64,000 nt of DNA from contig MQRK01222855.1 in assembly GCA_001938485.1 (NCBI GenBank), forward strand, positions 1 to 64,000. The letters run 5' to 3'. The notes under the pieces are model-generated. The model saw only the letters and a program-made list of their open reading frames with translations. It was not told the DNA's origin and searched no databases. Within the stretch, counting starts at the first letter, position 1; each line of letters opens with the position of its first letter. The translations under genes were made by a program, and so were the position numbers. Shown piece after piece: positions 37,601 to 46,001 of this stretch. This stretch comes from Girardia tigrina (Eukaryota).

Positions 37601-40053
37601 AATCGGTCTATGAGAAAAGCACGAATGACAATTCAAATCAAGAAAAGAAACTCAGCTGGCCTGGATCTGAATATCTGGAATAACCGTGTCACAATCTAAT
37701 CGAATTTCCAATTATATTTCAAGTCCCAGAAATAAATTACCGAAGAAAACATTTGTTTTCTCATTAATTAATTAATGAAATTACAGAAAAAAACAATAAT
37801 CAAAATTCTTTCTTCTTTTTGACCTTAGCCGTTGGATCGTGGGTGCACCCAATTATGCACAAACCTTCGCCACATCTCTCTATTTGTAGTTTCTTTTCTC
37901 AGACATTCCATACTCAATCCACTCCATTATTTTAAATCGTCTGTCCATTGCCTCTTTGATCTTCCTCGTGGTCTTTCTCCTTCAACTCTTCCTTCAATCA
38001 TAACCTTTGCTAGTGCTTGTTTTCTTATTTGATGACCATAGAATTTCAGCGTCCTTCTCTTGATGGTCTCTTCTATTGATTCCGGTATTTTACCTAGTAT
38101 TTCTGTCACTCTACTCCAGACAAAGTCGTTTGTCTTCTTTTCTTTCCACGGGATATTCAGCATTCTCCTGTAGCACTTCATTTCAAATGCTTTAAGTCTA
38201 TCCATGGTCTTCTGATTTTTTGTCCAACTCTCACCTTCATAGAGGAGTGTTGCCCAGACAATAGCCTAAGTGATCTTTATTCTGCTCTTGAAATGGATTT
38301 CTTTGAGGTTAAGAGCTGTTATAAGCTTAATTATTGCGCTAATCATCGCAATGCCAATCCGACTTCTGATTTCTTCTTTGCTTCCCCCATTCTCTGTGAT
38401 AGTAGAGCCTAAGTATTTGAAACTCTTAACTTGTTCCAGCTTCTCCCCTTCAATGTCGATCTCCAGTTTAACCTCGTTGTCATGGCTTCCTGAAACCGTT
38501 ATTTTGCTTTTTTGCCTGTTGATTTCCATTCCAAATTTGTTTGACGCTTTGTGTAATCTGTTCGTAAGTTCCTGAATCTTTGCCTCATCTTTACGGATTA
38601 GCTCTATGTCGTCATCAAATCGTAGGTTGGTTATTCTTGTTCCTCCGCAGCCTATTCCAGCATTGTCTCGATCGTCCATTGCTTCCATAACAATTCTCTC
38701 AAGAAAAAGGTTCAACAGTGTTGGTGAAAGAATGCAACCTTGTCTCACTCCTACTGATGATGAAAGCCAGTCACTGTGTTATTTGTGCGGTAGATATGAA
38801 AGAAGTGAACATTTGTGAAGTCAGAATTATTAATTATCCGGTTGAGTATTATACACTACTAAGATATACTAAGAATTTTTTTAATTAATAATCTTTTAAT
38901 TTTAATTATAAATTTAATTATAATTATTTAATTTCTTTAAATTTATTATTTTATATTTAAATTTTAATTATAAATTTAAAAATTTTACTTATTTAAATTT
39001 AATTATCATTAGTTTGTTAAATTTAATTGCAATTATTTATTTTTTCTTTTCTTAATTTTCTTATTTTTTATATTTAAAATTTAATCATAAATTTAATTAT
39101 AATTATTTTATAAAATTTTTTTATTATTTTTAAAAATTACAAAAAAAATAATAATTTGAAATAAATAATTTTTTAATTTAAGTGTAATTATTAATTGAAA
39201 TCAGAATATATTTTATTTAATTTTTTTATTAAATTTATTAATTTTTAATGAATTATAATTCTTATTATTATTACCATATTTAATTTAAAATTTAATCATA
39301 AATTTAAATCAAATTATTTATTTGTACTTATTTATTTAAATTTAATTATAATTATGTAATTTCTTTGATTCAGTTTATTTATTTTGGATTAATTATAATT
39401 AATTATCATATCACAATCAGTTTTATTAATATATTTTAAACTTAAAATATGATAATAAATTTAAATAAAATTTTAAAATTAAATTATTTTTGTTATTTTT
39501 TAAAAAAAATACAAAAAAATAATAAATTGATAGAAATAAACATTTTTAAATTTAAGAGTAATTATTTATTGAAATTCAAATATAAATATTTAATTTTTTA
39601 TTAAATTTATTTAATTTTGAATTATTATTATTTTTGAACTTCCTTCAATTAAATTTTTTGTTATTTTAGATCTAAAATTTAATTATAAATTTAAATATAA
39701 ATATTTAATTAAAATTAATTATAATAATATTTTCAATTAAATATTATCATCATTGTTTTTTGGACTATATTTTTCATTAATTAAATTTAAATTTTTCATT
39801 AATTAATTTAAATATTATTAATTATTTAATTAATTTTTTTTTGTTAATTCTAATAAAAAATTAATAAAATTAATACAAACTTTTCGAGAAAATTGACATT
39901 TGGACTGCCGAATCCGAGAAACCACGAATCGATATTTCTGCTGATAATTTTGAAATAATGATCTCTCTCGGATTGATGTGGACTTCCGAGACCGATTAAC
40001 ATGTTGTAGGATTCTCGATTGCAGAAGATTTCGCTCTCAGATTTCATTTTCAT
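2305..40053 (-). CDS. SESN1: Sestrin (SESN1-like long N-terminus), multi-exon, 3'-incomplete. Exons 40053-39881, 13555-13414, 13200-13135, 12810-12787, 9782-9732, 8160-7987, 7935-7765, 2613-2305
   Basis: The spliced frame is open, with GT-AG introns and compatible phases. Sestrin motifs: LLRLSLTAPYEDVRE, RIPRSKFNGPSHFI, GRIENYILVMGFHPVYL, IMAAAQMHC, GGDIQWLEG, LCHQPW, LMQAVVIMTHVYSLSSFILVCGI. The C-terminal domain is not in the window. Confidence 0.88.
3285..3359 (+). mobile_element. IS630/Tc1-like transposase remnant, 5' part (IIYVDEMGFNL), interrupted by a hAT insertion
   Basis: First catalytic D motif YVDEMGF; the reading resumes after 5678. Confidence 0.6.
3360..5678 (-). mobile_element. 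Degenerate hAT DNA transposon
   Basis: Imperfect TIR CAGTGATGCCAG / CTGGCATATTTG; 8-bp TSD GTTAGAAT/ATTAGAAT; subterminal TTCCCGC repeats at both ends; broken transposase N-terminus (WL...AHCTKCSKIF) on the minus strand at ~4050-4620. Confidence 0.75.
5679..5995 (+). mobile_element. IS630/Tc1-like (DDE_3) transposase remnant, 3' part
   Basis: LIHDNASIH, IVHLPP and IESVF motifs. Confidence 0.75.
6020..6485 (+). mobile_element. hAT transposon 3' end (C-terminal dimerization domain plus subterminal repeats)
   Basis: DWWKSRESRYP...ASSATSERAFCEAGFIINKRRVRLSP; TCGGGT repeats at 6360-6470; ends in ...CTA. Confidence 0.85.
7765..7935 (-). CDS. SESN1: Sestrin exon 7 (AAAQMHC...LCHQPWAIEP)
   Basis: ttcag acceptor, gtaatt donor, 57 codons; aligns without gaps to sestrin AAARHQC...LAHRPW. 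Confidence 0.93.
7987..8160 (-). CDS. SESN1: Sestrin exon 6 (NLYRLLL...GRIENYILVMGFHPVYL...LAIM)
   Basis: ttaag acceptor, gtaatg donor, 58 codons; followed by a 51-nt intron. Confidence 0.93.
8355..8620 (-). mobile_element. Tc1/mariner 3'-end remnant
   Basis: TA-CAGTGCAGTCAATAAG TIR-like end; degenerate mariner C-terminus (RRWLKxVEQQG..AEK) on the minus strand. Confidence 0.5.
9100..9250. repeat. Dispersed AT-rich repeat family (copies also at ~46288-46560 inverted and ~48900-49035)
   Basis: Shared CTCATAAATTTGTTTG...TAGAAATAAAATTT...TTGATCTT(AATCACGAACCCAA) block. Confidence 0.6.
9732..9782 (-). CDS. SESN1: Sestrin exon 5 (LEHCAILTCDDPPQTEN)
   Basis: atttag acceptor, gtaaga donor, 51 nt, phase 0/0, open frame. 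Confidence 0.7.
9804..9940. repeat. (TA)n microsatellite with assembly gap
   Basis: TA runs flank an N gap. Confidence 0.95.
11683..12403 (+). mobile_element. Internally deleted pogo/Tigger element with DDE_1 transposase C-terminus (ORF 11821-12243)
   Basis: TIR CCCTGAAA(A)TCTCGTTATAA at both ends; TA TSD; TACTAAGCC subterminal repeats; IPGGITKKLQVLDISVNKSFK...WISEAW motif and acidic tail. Confidence 0.9.
12787..12810 (-). CDS. SESN1: Sestrin microexon 4 (IIYLDHYA, 24 nt)
   Basis: ttttag acceptor, gtaagg donor, phase 0/0; gives PQE|II, matching sestrin EKE|IL. Confidence 0.6.
13135..13200 (-). CDS. SESN1: Sestrin exon 3 (RKSFRIPRSKFNGPSHFIHPQE)
   Basis: ttttag acceptor, gttagt donor; matches SESN1 IRIPRPLGQGPSRFIPEKE. 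Confidence 0.88.
13414..13555 (-). CDS. SESN1: Sestrin exon 2 (...LLPDLLRLSLTAPYEDVRENCSNLLISLE)
   Basis: tccag acceptor, gtattc donor; matches SESN1 LLMLSKRCPFKDVREKSEFIL. Confidence 0.88.
14601..15185. mobile_element. ~100-bp inverted repeat pair, each arm carrying a degenerate hammerhead ribozyme (likely inverted Penelope pLTRs)
   Basis: Arms at ~14601-14700 and ~15090-15185. Minus 14676-14639: GAC CTGATGA T GGGAT TGTT ATCTC AAAA CGCG AA GTC. Plus 15113-15148: GAC CTAATGA T GGGAT TGTT ATTTA GAAA CAC. Confidence 0.65.
16100..17520 (+). mobile_element. Degenerate LINE (APE endonuclease plus RT N-terminus, RTE/CR1-like)
   Basis: Fragments such as PDEGEIKLAVLQLSNGKA...IAEVLK...FELIW...PPDLRNA, with many stops and frameshifts. 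Confidence 0.65.
17530..17795 (+). mobile_element. hAT transposase C-terminal dimerization domain remnant
   Basis: SCERSFLKLKLIRNYLRSTMGQSRLSGLVLLSIE...IDFDEVIDKFA. Confidence 0.88.
18767..18908. repeat. ~42-bp inverted repeat (MITE or fold-back remnant)
   Basis: GCGAAACCAGTTTAAACTTTATGTAGACTGATTTATCAAG versus the reverse complement of ~18867-18908. Confidence 0.75.
20540..21855 (-). mobile_element. Degenerate Tc1-like transposon
   Basis: HTH and GRPR motif (KQISPEM...TVLNIVKR...KSPGRPR, 21368-21628); degenerate DDE motifs downstream; AAATGATTGG TIR cores at both ends. Confidence 0.8.
22029..22225. mobile_element. Zator-related MITE
   Basis: Left end GGGGCTGTCCATAAATGACGTCAC resembles the TIR of the element at 36022; internal GTCAC and poly-C motifs. 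Confidence 0.6.
24099..25202 (+). mobile_element. Internally deleted Gypsy LTR retrotransposon (LTR, integrase C-half, PPT, partial LTR)
   Basis: Direct repeats at ~24099-24275 and ~25029-25202; integrase PYHHNINDMVEGQFRTI...WADMLPEVEFTLNAT...SPAEMIF...KYDGLY; purine tract AAAAAAAGGGTGAA before the second repeat. Confidence 0.8.
25426..25657. mobile_element. piggyBac-type MITE
   Basis: TTAA|CCCTTAAATGCAT ... ATGCATTCAAGGG|TTAA. Confidence 0.85.
26036..26482. mobile_element. MITE with ~16-bp imperfect TIR (TGCCGTGGAwAwwCCAC)
   Basis: TGCCGTGGATATTCCAC at ~26037 and GTGGTTTTCCACGGCA at ~26466. Confidence 0.55.
28262..29280 (+). mobile_element. 5'-truncated RTE-clade LINE (RT C-half), pseudogenised
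   Basis: GVRQGCIL, ISNLRFDDDI, GMEINRQKSKVM, FKYLGS, AFEMKCY, EGRVEGERPRGRP. Confidence 0.92.
30049..30237. promoter_or_regulatory. Cluster of RFX X-box-like palindromes
   Basis: GTTGCTATGGTAAC (30137, 30188), GTTGCCATGGTAAC (30224), GTTGCTATGGATAC (30049), GTTACTATGGTTAC (30070), plus degenerate copies. Function untested. Confidence 0.5.
30295..30679 (+). mobile_element. pogo/Tigger 3' end (transposase tail with PIP-box plus TIR)
   Basis: ...ERGKKQVVITDFFKKI* (QxxIxxFF) and a terminal TTATAACGAGAGTAGATTG|TA. Confidence 0.75.
33430..34040 (-). mobile_element. Gypsy-type gag pseudogene (paralog of 59091-59624)
   Basis: MATNVTMHIFTNQLLP...[25 protein letters not shown], with frameshifts. Confidence 0.8.
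34518..34705. repeat. (TA)n microsatellite with gap and a short GC-richer insert (~34551-34597)
   Basis: Read directly. Confidence 0.9.
35000..35600 (+). mobile_element. Highly degenerate Gypsy integrase remnant
   Basis: WLIPQ.RQDIVKFVH...GMGQDIQNTI resembles the integrase zinc-binding region; RTNDGT resembles the core TDNG. Confidence 0.4.
35644..35915 (+). mobile_element. Penelope-like element fragment (GIY-YIG endonuclease) with 5' fold-back
   Basis: ADLVYKFECNWCNATYIGETLRHLCKWVREH...NFKV*CRNFKNYWERVSCEAL; 35644-35685 is an inverted copy of 35718-35761. Confidence 0.88.
36022..37452 (+). mobile_element. Zator-like DNA transposon with partial transposase ORF (36475-37485)
   Basis: TTA|GGGGCCGTTCATAAAT left end; VDGGSDENPRYP...LDAIF...APGRSAFNSVERHMVPLS...ILPHHHFGTHLD; right TIR truncated at ~37452. 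Confidence 0.75.
37452..37520 (+). repeat. 15-bp-stem hairpin followed by a PLE-like 3' tail
   Basis: TTTATTGATGATGGA gtata TCCGTCATCAATAAA; the tail AATAAAAAAAATAATTTTAAAATGGCGTTTTTTATTT resembles 63735-63775. Confidence 0.55.
37806..38775 (-). mobile_element. 5'-truncated RTE-clade LINE (same family as 28262-29280)
   Basis: RQGCILSPTLLNLFLE, NLRFDDDI, FKYLGS, AFEMKCYRRML; intact 3' end with a short AAGA-rich tail. Confidence 0.92.
39881..40053 (-). CDS. SESN1: Sestrin first coding exon (MKMKSESE...LGSPHQSERDHYFKIISRNIDSWFLGFGSPNVNFLE)
   Basis: Isolated coding-like ORF in AT-rich DNA. The gtttgt donor in phase 2 matches the phase-2 acceptor at 13555. Length and pattern fit the SESN1 N-terminal helix (GLCSRDSTTRETALENIRQTI). 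Confidence 0.65.
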
Positions 40054-41653
40054 ACTAAAATACGATATTCAATAATTATATTATCTATTGATTTTTTTAG
40101 AAATGATAGTATAATAGAAAATTTCAGAAAAATGAATTGAATATAAAAATTAATGTTTTTCAAATAATCAACTAATGAATACCGATATATTTATTTGGTT
40201 TAAACAAACTATTATTATTTAATTATAAAAACGTTTTATTTTCGAAATTACACAATCAAAGCTTTCTACTATAATTTAATGAAGCAACAATATATTATTT
40301 TTATTTTTTATTACTATTAATTATTTTTTACAAAGCTTAATTAACTGACTTATTATATATATATATGCATAATTATAGGTCAACAGTTTGCTAAACTATT
40401 TATTATGCTGGAATTTTATCAAAATGTGTAATTCCGTTGACAATACATAATTTAATTTTAAAAAATTACTATCGTATTGATTACTTAGTCATTTATTGCA
40501 AAGATACTAATTTGCGATTCCATCGATTAATTCATTAAACAAAATAAATTTAAACTTTAAGAATTTCGGGCATCTTTTTATAATAAATTATTTTTTGGAT
40601 TCTTTATTATTTATACTTTATATGGTTACGATTCGTCTATATCTTTGTCATGAGTAATTTTTAAAAACAATATATAAATTTTCAGCAATGCACTTTTTCC
40701 TCTCACTTTCTCGTCGTAAAAATATATTTTTCGGTGGTTTAATGTGCCCTAAAGACAATAATAAACTATCCATCAGAAAATAATGCATCTTTATCGGCTT
40801 TAAAATGAGTGTAACTTTATCTTTTATTATATTTTAACTCTAACATGGGAGATATACGAAAGGTTTCATCAGCAAATAACTTAACATTCAAATAAATCCA
40901 AATTTTGAATTGATTTCTTTAGAAGTATCAACTTCTTTTTCCATCTTCAAACTTAGAATTAGATAAAATAAATTTCTTTTGATTGATTTAAGTCTCATTT
41001 TTGTTAGATATATGCAAACAAAAAATAAATAAAGGTATTTTAAAAAATAATATTAAGATTTATTATTATTTTGTTTAACTTATTATATATGTTGCGGTCG
41101 GAGCCCAGAAGTATACCGCAATATGTAACATAAGCAGAAAACAATGGAAACAGAATGCATATATTGAGAATTATCACAAGAAAAGGGACCATCGAAAGTC
41201 ATAGTCTGTAGCCCGTACTCGTATTATTGGCGATTTGGACCTCCTTGCAAGACATCGGCGAGACATCGTTGGCATCATCCGACATTAAACATCACAAAAT
41301 AAGTTAAAACACACAAAGTCGCGTCGAGACTCACTCAGTAGTCGAAAACCCACATCTGTCCCTCTCCATACAGGTTTCGCCAAGCACAATTCGTACAAGG
41401 AAACCGCATCGAAGTAGAATGAACCCTTGAAGAGATATTCCCCACTGAAATACGATAAAAATTAATTAGAAATATGAAATTAATTAAAATTTACCAATGA
41501 GTCAACTTTAGTCTGAAAACATTGAATCACGCGATTAATCAGCATGATTAACCGGTGATTAATTTAGACAGGGTTTTCTGAGAATGACAGAACACTTACC
41601 AAAACTGGCGTGCGTTGTAGGTCCCGATAAATGAGAATCGAGAATTACCAATT

Positions 41654-42033
41654 TGTTAGGTCTCGATGGGGTTGTTTATTTATCTTTAACCTCCGTAGAA
41701 ATCTAACAAAAGGTTGATCTACAACTTGTTGATTTTGATTCTTAGTTATTGAATTTTAAGATTTTCGAAATCAAATGTAAATAATAAATGACAACACTTT
41801 TCTTTATAAATTTTATTTGATTATATACAATAAGTACAGATATAAATTTTATAAAATAATATGATAATAGACTGTGTGTGTAATGCAGTGATTTTAGTGT
41901 AGTAACAGTTCCTCGACTGCAGACTACAAGGTATAATTTTAGGTAAATAAGAATAGATATTTTGATATAATAAAAATTATTATTTTAAATTTTATAAAAT
42001 TTTGATATGGAAAGTTAATATAAGCATCTAACA
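41654..42033 (-). mobile_element. Candidate LTR (TGTTAG...CTAACA) followed by TGG PBS-like sequence
   Basis: 6-bp terminal IR; the minus strand reads ...CTAACA AAT TGGTAATTCTCG. No internal ORF. Confidence 0.35.
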
Positions 42034-42079
42034 AAATGAATTTGTTTAATCTCACCGAGAGAGAAATAACTTGTTATCC

Positions 42080-42357
42080 AAAGAAATCAGATCTTCTTAT
42101 CGTAAAACAAAATCAAATCGTCCTCTCGTGAAAATCAAATCTTCCTTTCGTAAAAATCAAGTCTTTTTCTCGTGAAAAATTAATTCGTCTTTTTGTGAAA
42201 AAAATCAAATCTTCTTCTCGTAAAACAAAATCAAATCGTCTTCTCGTGAAATCAAATCTTCTTCTCGTGAAAATCAAATCTTCTTCTCGTGAAAATCAGA
42301 TCCTTTTCTCGTGAAAAAATCAAATCTTCTTCTCGTGAAAGATCAAGCCTTCTTCTG
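42080..42357. repeat. ~22-bp minisatellite (AAAATCAAATCTTCTTCTCGTG), ~12 copies
   Basis: Read directly; unit length varies in the A-run. Confidence 0.92.
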
Positions 42358-45300
42358 GTAAATACTTTAATAATCTTCTTCTCTTTGAAGTCTTCTCCAA
42401 TGGCAGGGTAGCTGAATAACTTTTTCAAAAAGCTTACAAAAGGAATCTGAAATGTTTCTGATATATATATATACTTATTTTAAAGGTGCGTAGCTTACGA
42501 CAAAGGAAAAATAAAGATACGTGGCTACGCTTAATTGTATAATAATAATAATATTTGACACTAAATAACTTTAAACTTTTAAAATAAATATTTAAACTTA
42601 ACTTAATAATCATTTTAACTTGATAAATATAATAATAATAAGTATAAATGTTTAATAATATCCTCGTATTATTAAATTAATTCTTTATTTACATAAAAAT
42701 AATACAATACAAATAAAACTAATTATTTACATAAAAGCAAAAATAATACATAAATAAATAAGACTAATAAACAGAAGCAAATAAATAAAGTTAATAAACA
42801 AAAACTAATAAAACAATCCTCAATAAATTTGAACCAATAGAGTACCTCCACGATGAGAGTGACACGACGATGCACATGGCATACAGAAAAAGGCTGCCAT
42901 ATATAGAGCGACCCGGCAAACCAGGAACAGAACAATTTGCAGAGCAAGAATATTTTTCAAGAAACAAGTTTACAATTTCATAGAACAATTTTTTGAAAAA
43001 AAATGTTTGAGAAAATTCTCTTGCCGAACTAAAATTAACGGGTTCAACAACAATTAGCGGGCCCATCTTCAAGACAAACCAACCGAGCAGTTGTCGAGAC
43101 AAGCATCCGCAGAGCATTTAGAGAACCAACACTCATCCAGACTGACCTTTCATTGGTCGACGTGTCGACTGACGAACAATTATACTAGTGAAGATAATAT
43201 TCCTCCGGAGATATACTTGAATCGAAATGTAATTAAACGAAGTTTTAATGTTTTAATTTTTTTTCTATTTTATTATTTTAATATAAGTATAATTTCATTA
43301 CCTTATCTTTTGCATATTTATATACTCAATAGATAGATTTCTACCCCGTAGGCCTTTTCAGTTTCATGAAGCAATTTAAACTCCGTCGTCGCCGTTGTCG
43401 ATGTCTTCATATGTTATATCCCAAACGAATTATATATGGAAAGAGTAATGCGAATGTTGAATGAGAGGGAAGCAACTAAGATCATAATAAGAGGGAGAGT
43501 GAGATTGCGTAGATCCCCGAAAAATTGCACAGGAAGTGAGAGCCAATGCCAAATATTATACAAATTATATAATAATAAATACAAGAAGGTCTAGCAACCA
43601 AAATTGAAAAGTTCTATGATTTAGTAAGAGTCTAATTCCATGTTAACTTGAAAGACAAATGGCGAAGTTCAAGGAGGACTAGAATATAAAATAGATGCAC
43701 TCGGATTAACAATTGTTAGTCAAATTATTTTTGAAAGATAACATATTATGTCATGTTAATCGAAGAAGTTTAATATCGTTTAAACAAAGGAATTTATAAG
43801 AATTAATTAATTGAAGAAGAATTGCTTTATTCAAGAATATTTAGGTGAGTATAGAGTATAAAAAATAAAAACATTTAAATTTAATTGTTTTAATTAATAT
43901 GGTAAAAAAATTGATTACCTTTTTATTGAAATAAATACAAGTTATATATAAAAGAGTAAAATAAAAAGATAAAAATTATTTCGAAAGAAGAGTATAAAAA
44001 GAAAATGATTTTACAAGAAAAAACAGCCCTTAATTATACTATATATGAAAAGAGTTTGACAAGACGGTTGTAAAAAAACAAGAAAAACCTAATTATTAAT
44101 AAAGAAAAAGAAAGGTCAAATTAATTAAGAAGTGCAACGAAAGAAAATAAGTCGATTCCACGTCATAAAAACAATAACTGTTTTATTTATTACATGATAA
44201 GGCAGAAAAGATTAAAATTTTCAAGGAAAATTGAGAGCTGTTTAAGGACAAGAAAAAAAAGAAAGACAGCTGTTATCTTATCGGAAAAACAGTTCAAGTT
44301 CCTTCGAATTGCCAGTCTGATAAGTGCAATCAAGTGCAATTGATTTAATCAGTAGAAGGCAATCAAGGTGCACTGATTAATTTGACCACCCAAAGTGGAA
44401 AGTTGGTATATATAAATCACCAAAATTAATTCCAGCAACAACCAAAAAAATGAAAGTGAATAAACGAAGGCGAATAAGAGAAAGTGCAAATTAAATATCA
44501 TCGACAACTATCATCGGATTATATTGAAGTACGGAGAAATACAAAAATATAATTTATATATTTCAGTTAATATATTTTTATATAACCTCTAAAATTAGTT
44601 GTTTAAGTATAATTGCTTCACCTTCTATATAAACTTCAAATTCATAGAAACTAAGGTCGAAGTCTTGTAAAAGAAAATAAACTTGCAATTGTAAATGATA
44701 AATAAAAATTATTATAAAACTCTATCATTTTGAATTTCATTTTTTATAGAAATAAATAGTCACTTAGATGTCCTAACAATTTTGTTAAAGACATTTTCGA
44801 AAGAATTGTTTATTTTTGGAATCGTTTTTTATGGAAAACTATGTTAAATATCTTTATTTATAATCATTTATTTCAAATAAATCCTTGTAAATTTAATTTT
44901 GGCAGTAAATTAATAATTAATAATTTGGTAACTCATAAAAATTATATTTAAATTCATGCATAAATTTTATCATTAAATTGATACTTTTAATCAAAGAATG
45001 ATATCTCTGATCAAAAATTCGCTTTTTAAAATCAATTATAATCTTGTACTTTTAACTTTTATTATTGAATCTTTTCTTTCAATATAAATTCATTTTTTAT
45101 TTCGCGCTTTCAATAAACTAATGGTTCGTCTTCTTTCGTTTATACTTTGCTTTTTATTTTAATTGACTTTATTTACCATAATAAAATTCATATTTATTTC
45201 TATCCCATAAATTATAAAAATAAAAAAAGTATAAAAATAAATTGGGTGATTCAACACCAAAAACTTTATTGTTTAGTTTTCTTTATGGGTTGAATCATGA

Positions 45301-45879
45301 TGATCCCCTTTAAAATTAAAGTTTTACCTTCAAGTTTAATTCTATACTCTGGTCATAAATCGTTATTACATTGTAGATGTTTTAGGATATTAATTTATTA
45401 ATTTGCCTTGAGTTGAAAATTTATGCAAAATATGAAAGGGTTGAGGGGAACTTAAATTAATTGATTTAGAATTATTATATTTAATCGAATAATTAAATTA
45501 ACAATTGAGTTCAAAACATTTGTTTGATATCAGAATTGTTAAATCTGATAAAATTAGTAAAAACTTATTTATTTTCCAGTATAATTATTAATGGTCGAGT
45601 TTTGAATATTTAATATAAATATTACAGAAATCATAACAAAGAAACACTATTTAATTGTATAACAAATTTGATAAATTTTATGATTTATAAATAATTAACA
45701 CAAAAAATCGTTTCAGTACACAAAAAAGTTTCACAAAAAATATTTCAATAAAATTTCGGATATAAAATTTTCAAATAAAGAAAATTTTGATAAATAGAAA
45801 TTTCCAAAGAATAATTTGATCGCTATATTTTGTTTAAATAATTTCCCAAACGAAAATATATACCGAGCGATTTGAAATC

Positions 45880-46001
45880 ATGAGAATTGGTAAATACATC
45901 AAAGAAAGTGTCATTGGATCCGGTACATATGGCACGGTTTACAAAGCCAAAGAATACGGCAGTAATAAACTGTTTGCCATCAAGCAAATTAATCACGACG
46001 A
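45880..46001 (+). CDS. CDK2: CDK exon 1 (MRIGKY...[13 protein letters not shown]...FAIKQINHD)
   Basis: ATG, Gly-rich loop with TY, AIK lysine; gttgtt donor in phase 2. Confidence 0.92.

Noticed and set aside
35495-37683. Possible nested plus-strand gene (33-nt GT-AG intron, GTAAGT donor, terminal ORF ~37556-37683)
   Set aside because: The upstream frame is closed, the region looks like decayed integrase, and no homology is recognisable.
42080-42357. CRISPR-like array
   Set aside because: Head-to-tail repeats without unique spacers, no cas genes, eukaryotic context.
43160-43205. CTGACGA...GAAG hammerhead-like motif
   Set aside because: No proper stem II or stem I, and GAAG instead of GAAA.
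45095-45880. E2F-like (TTTCGCGC) and CHR-like (TTTGAA) motifs upstream of the CDK
   Set aside because: Short motifs, TTTGAA is common in AT-rich DNA, and the TSS is unknown.
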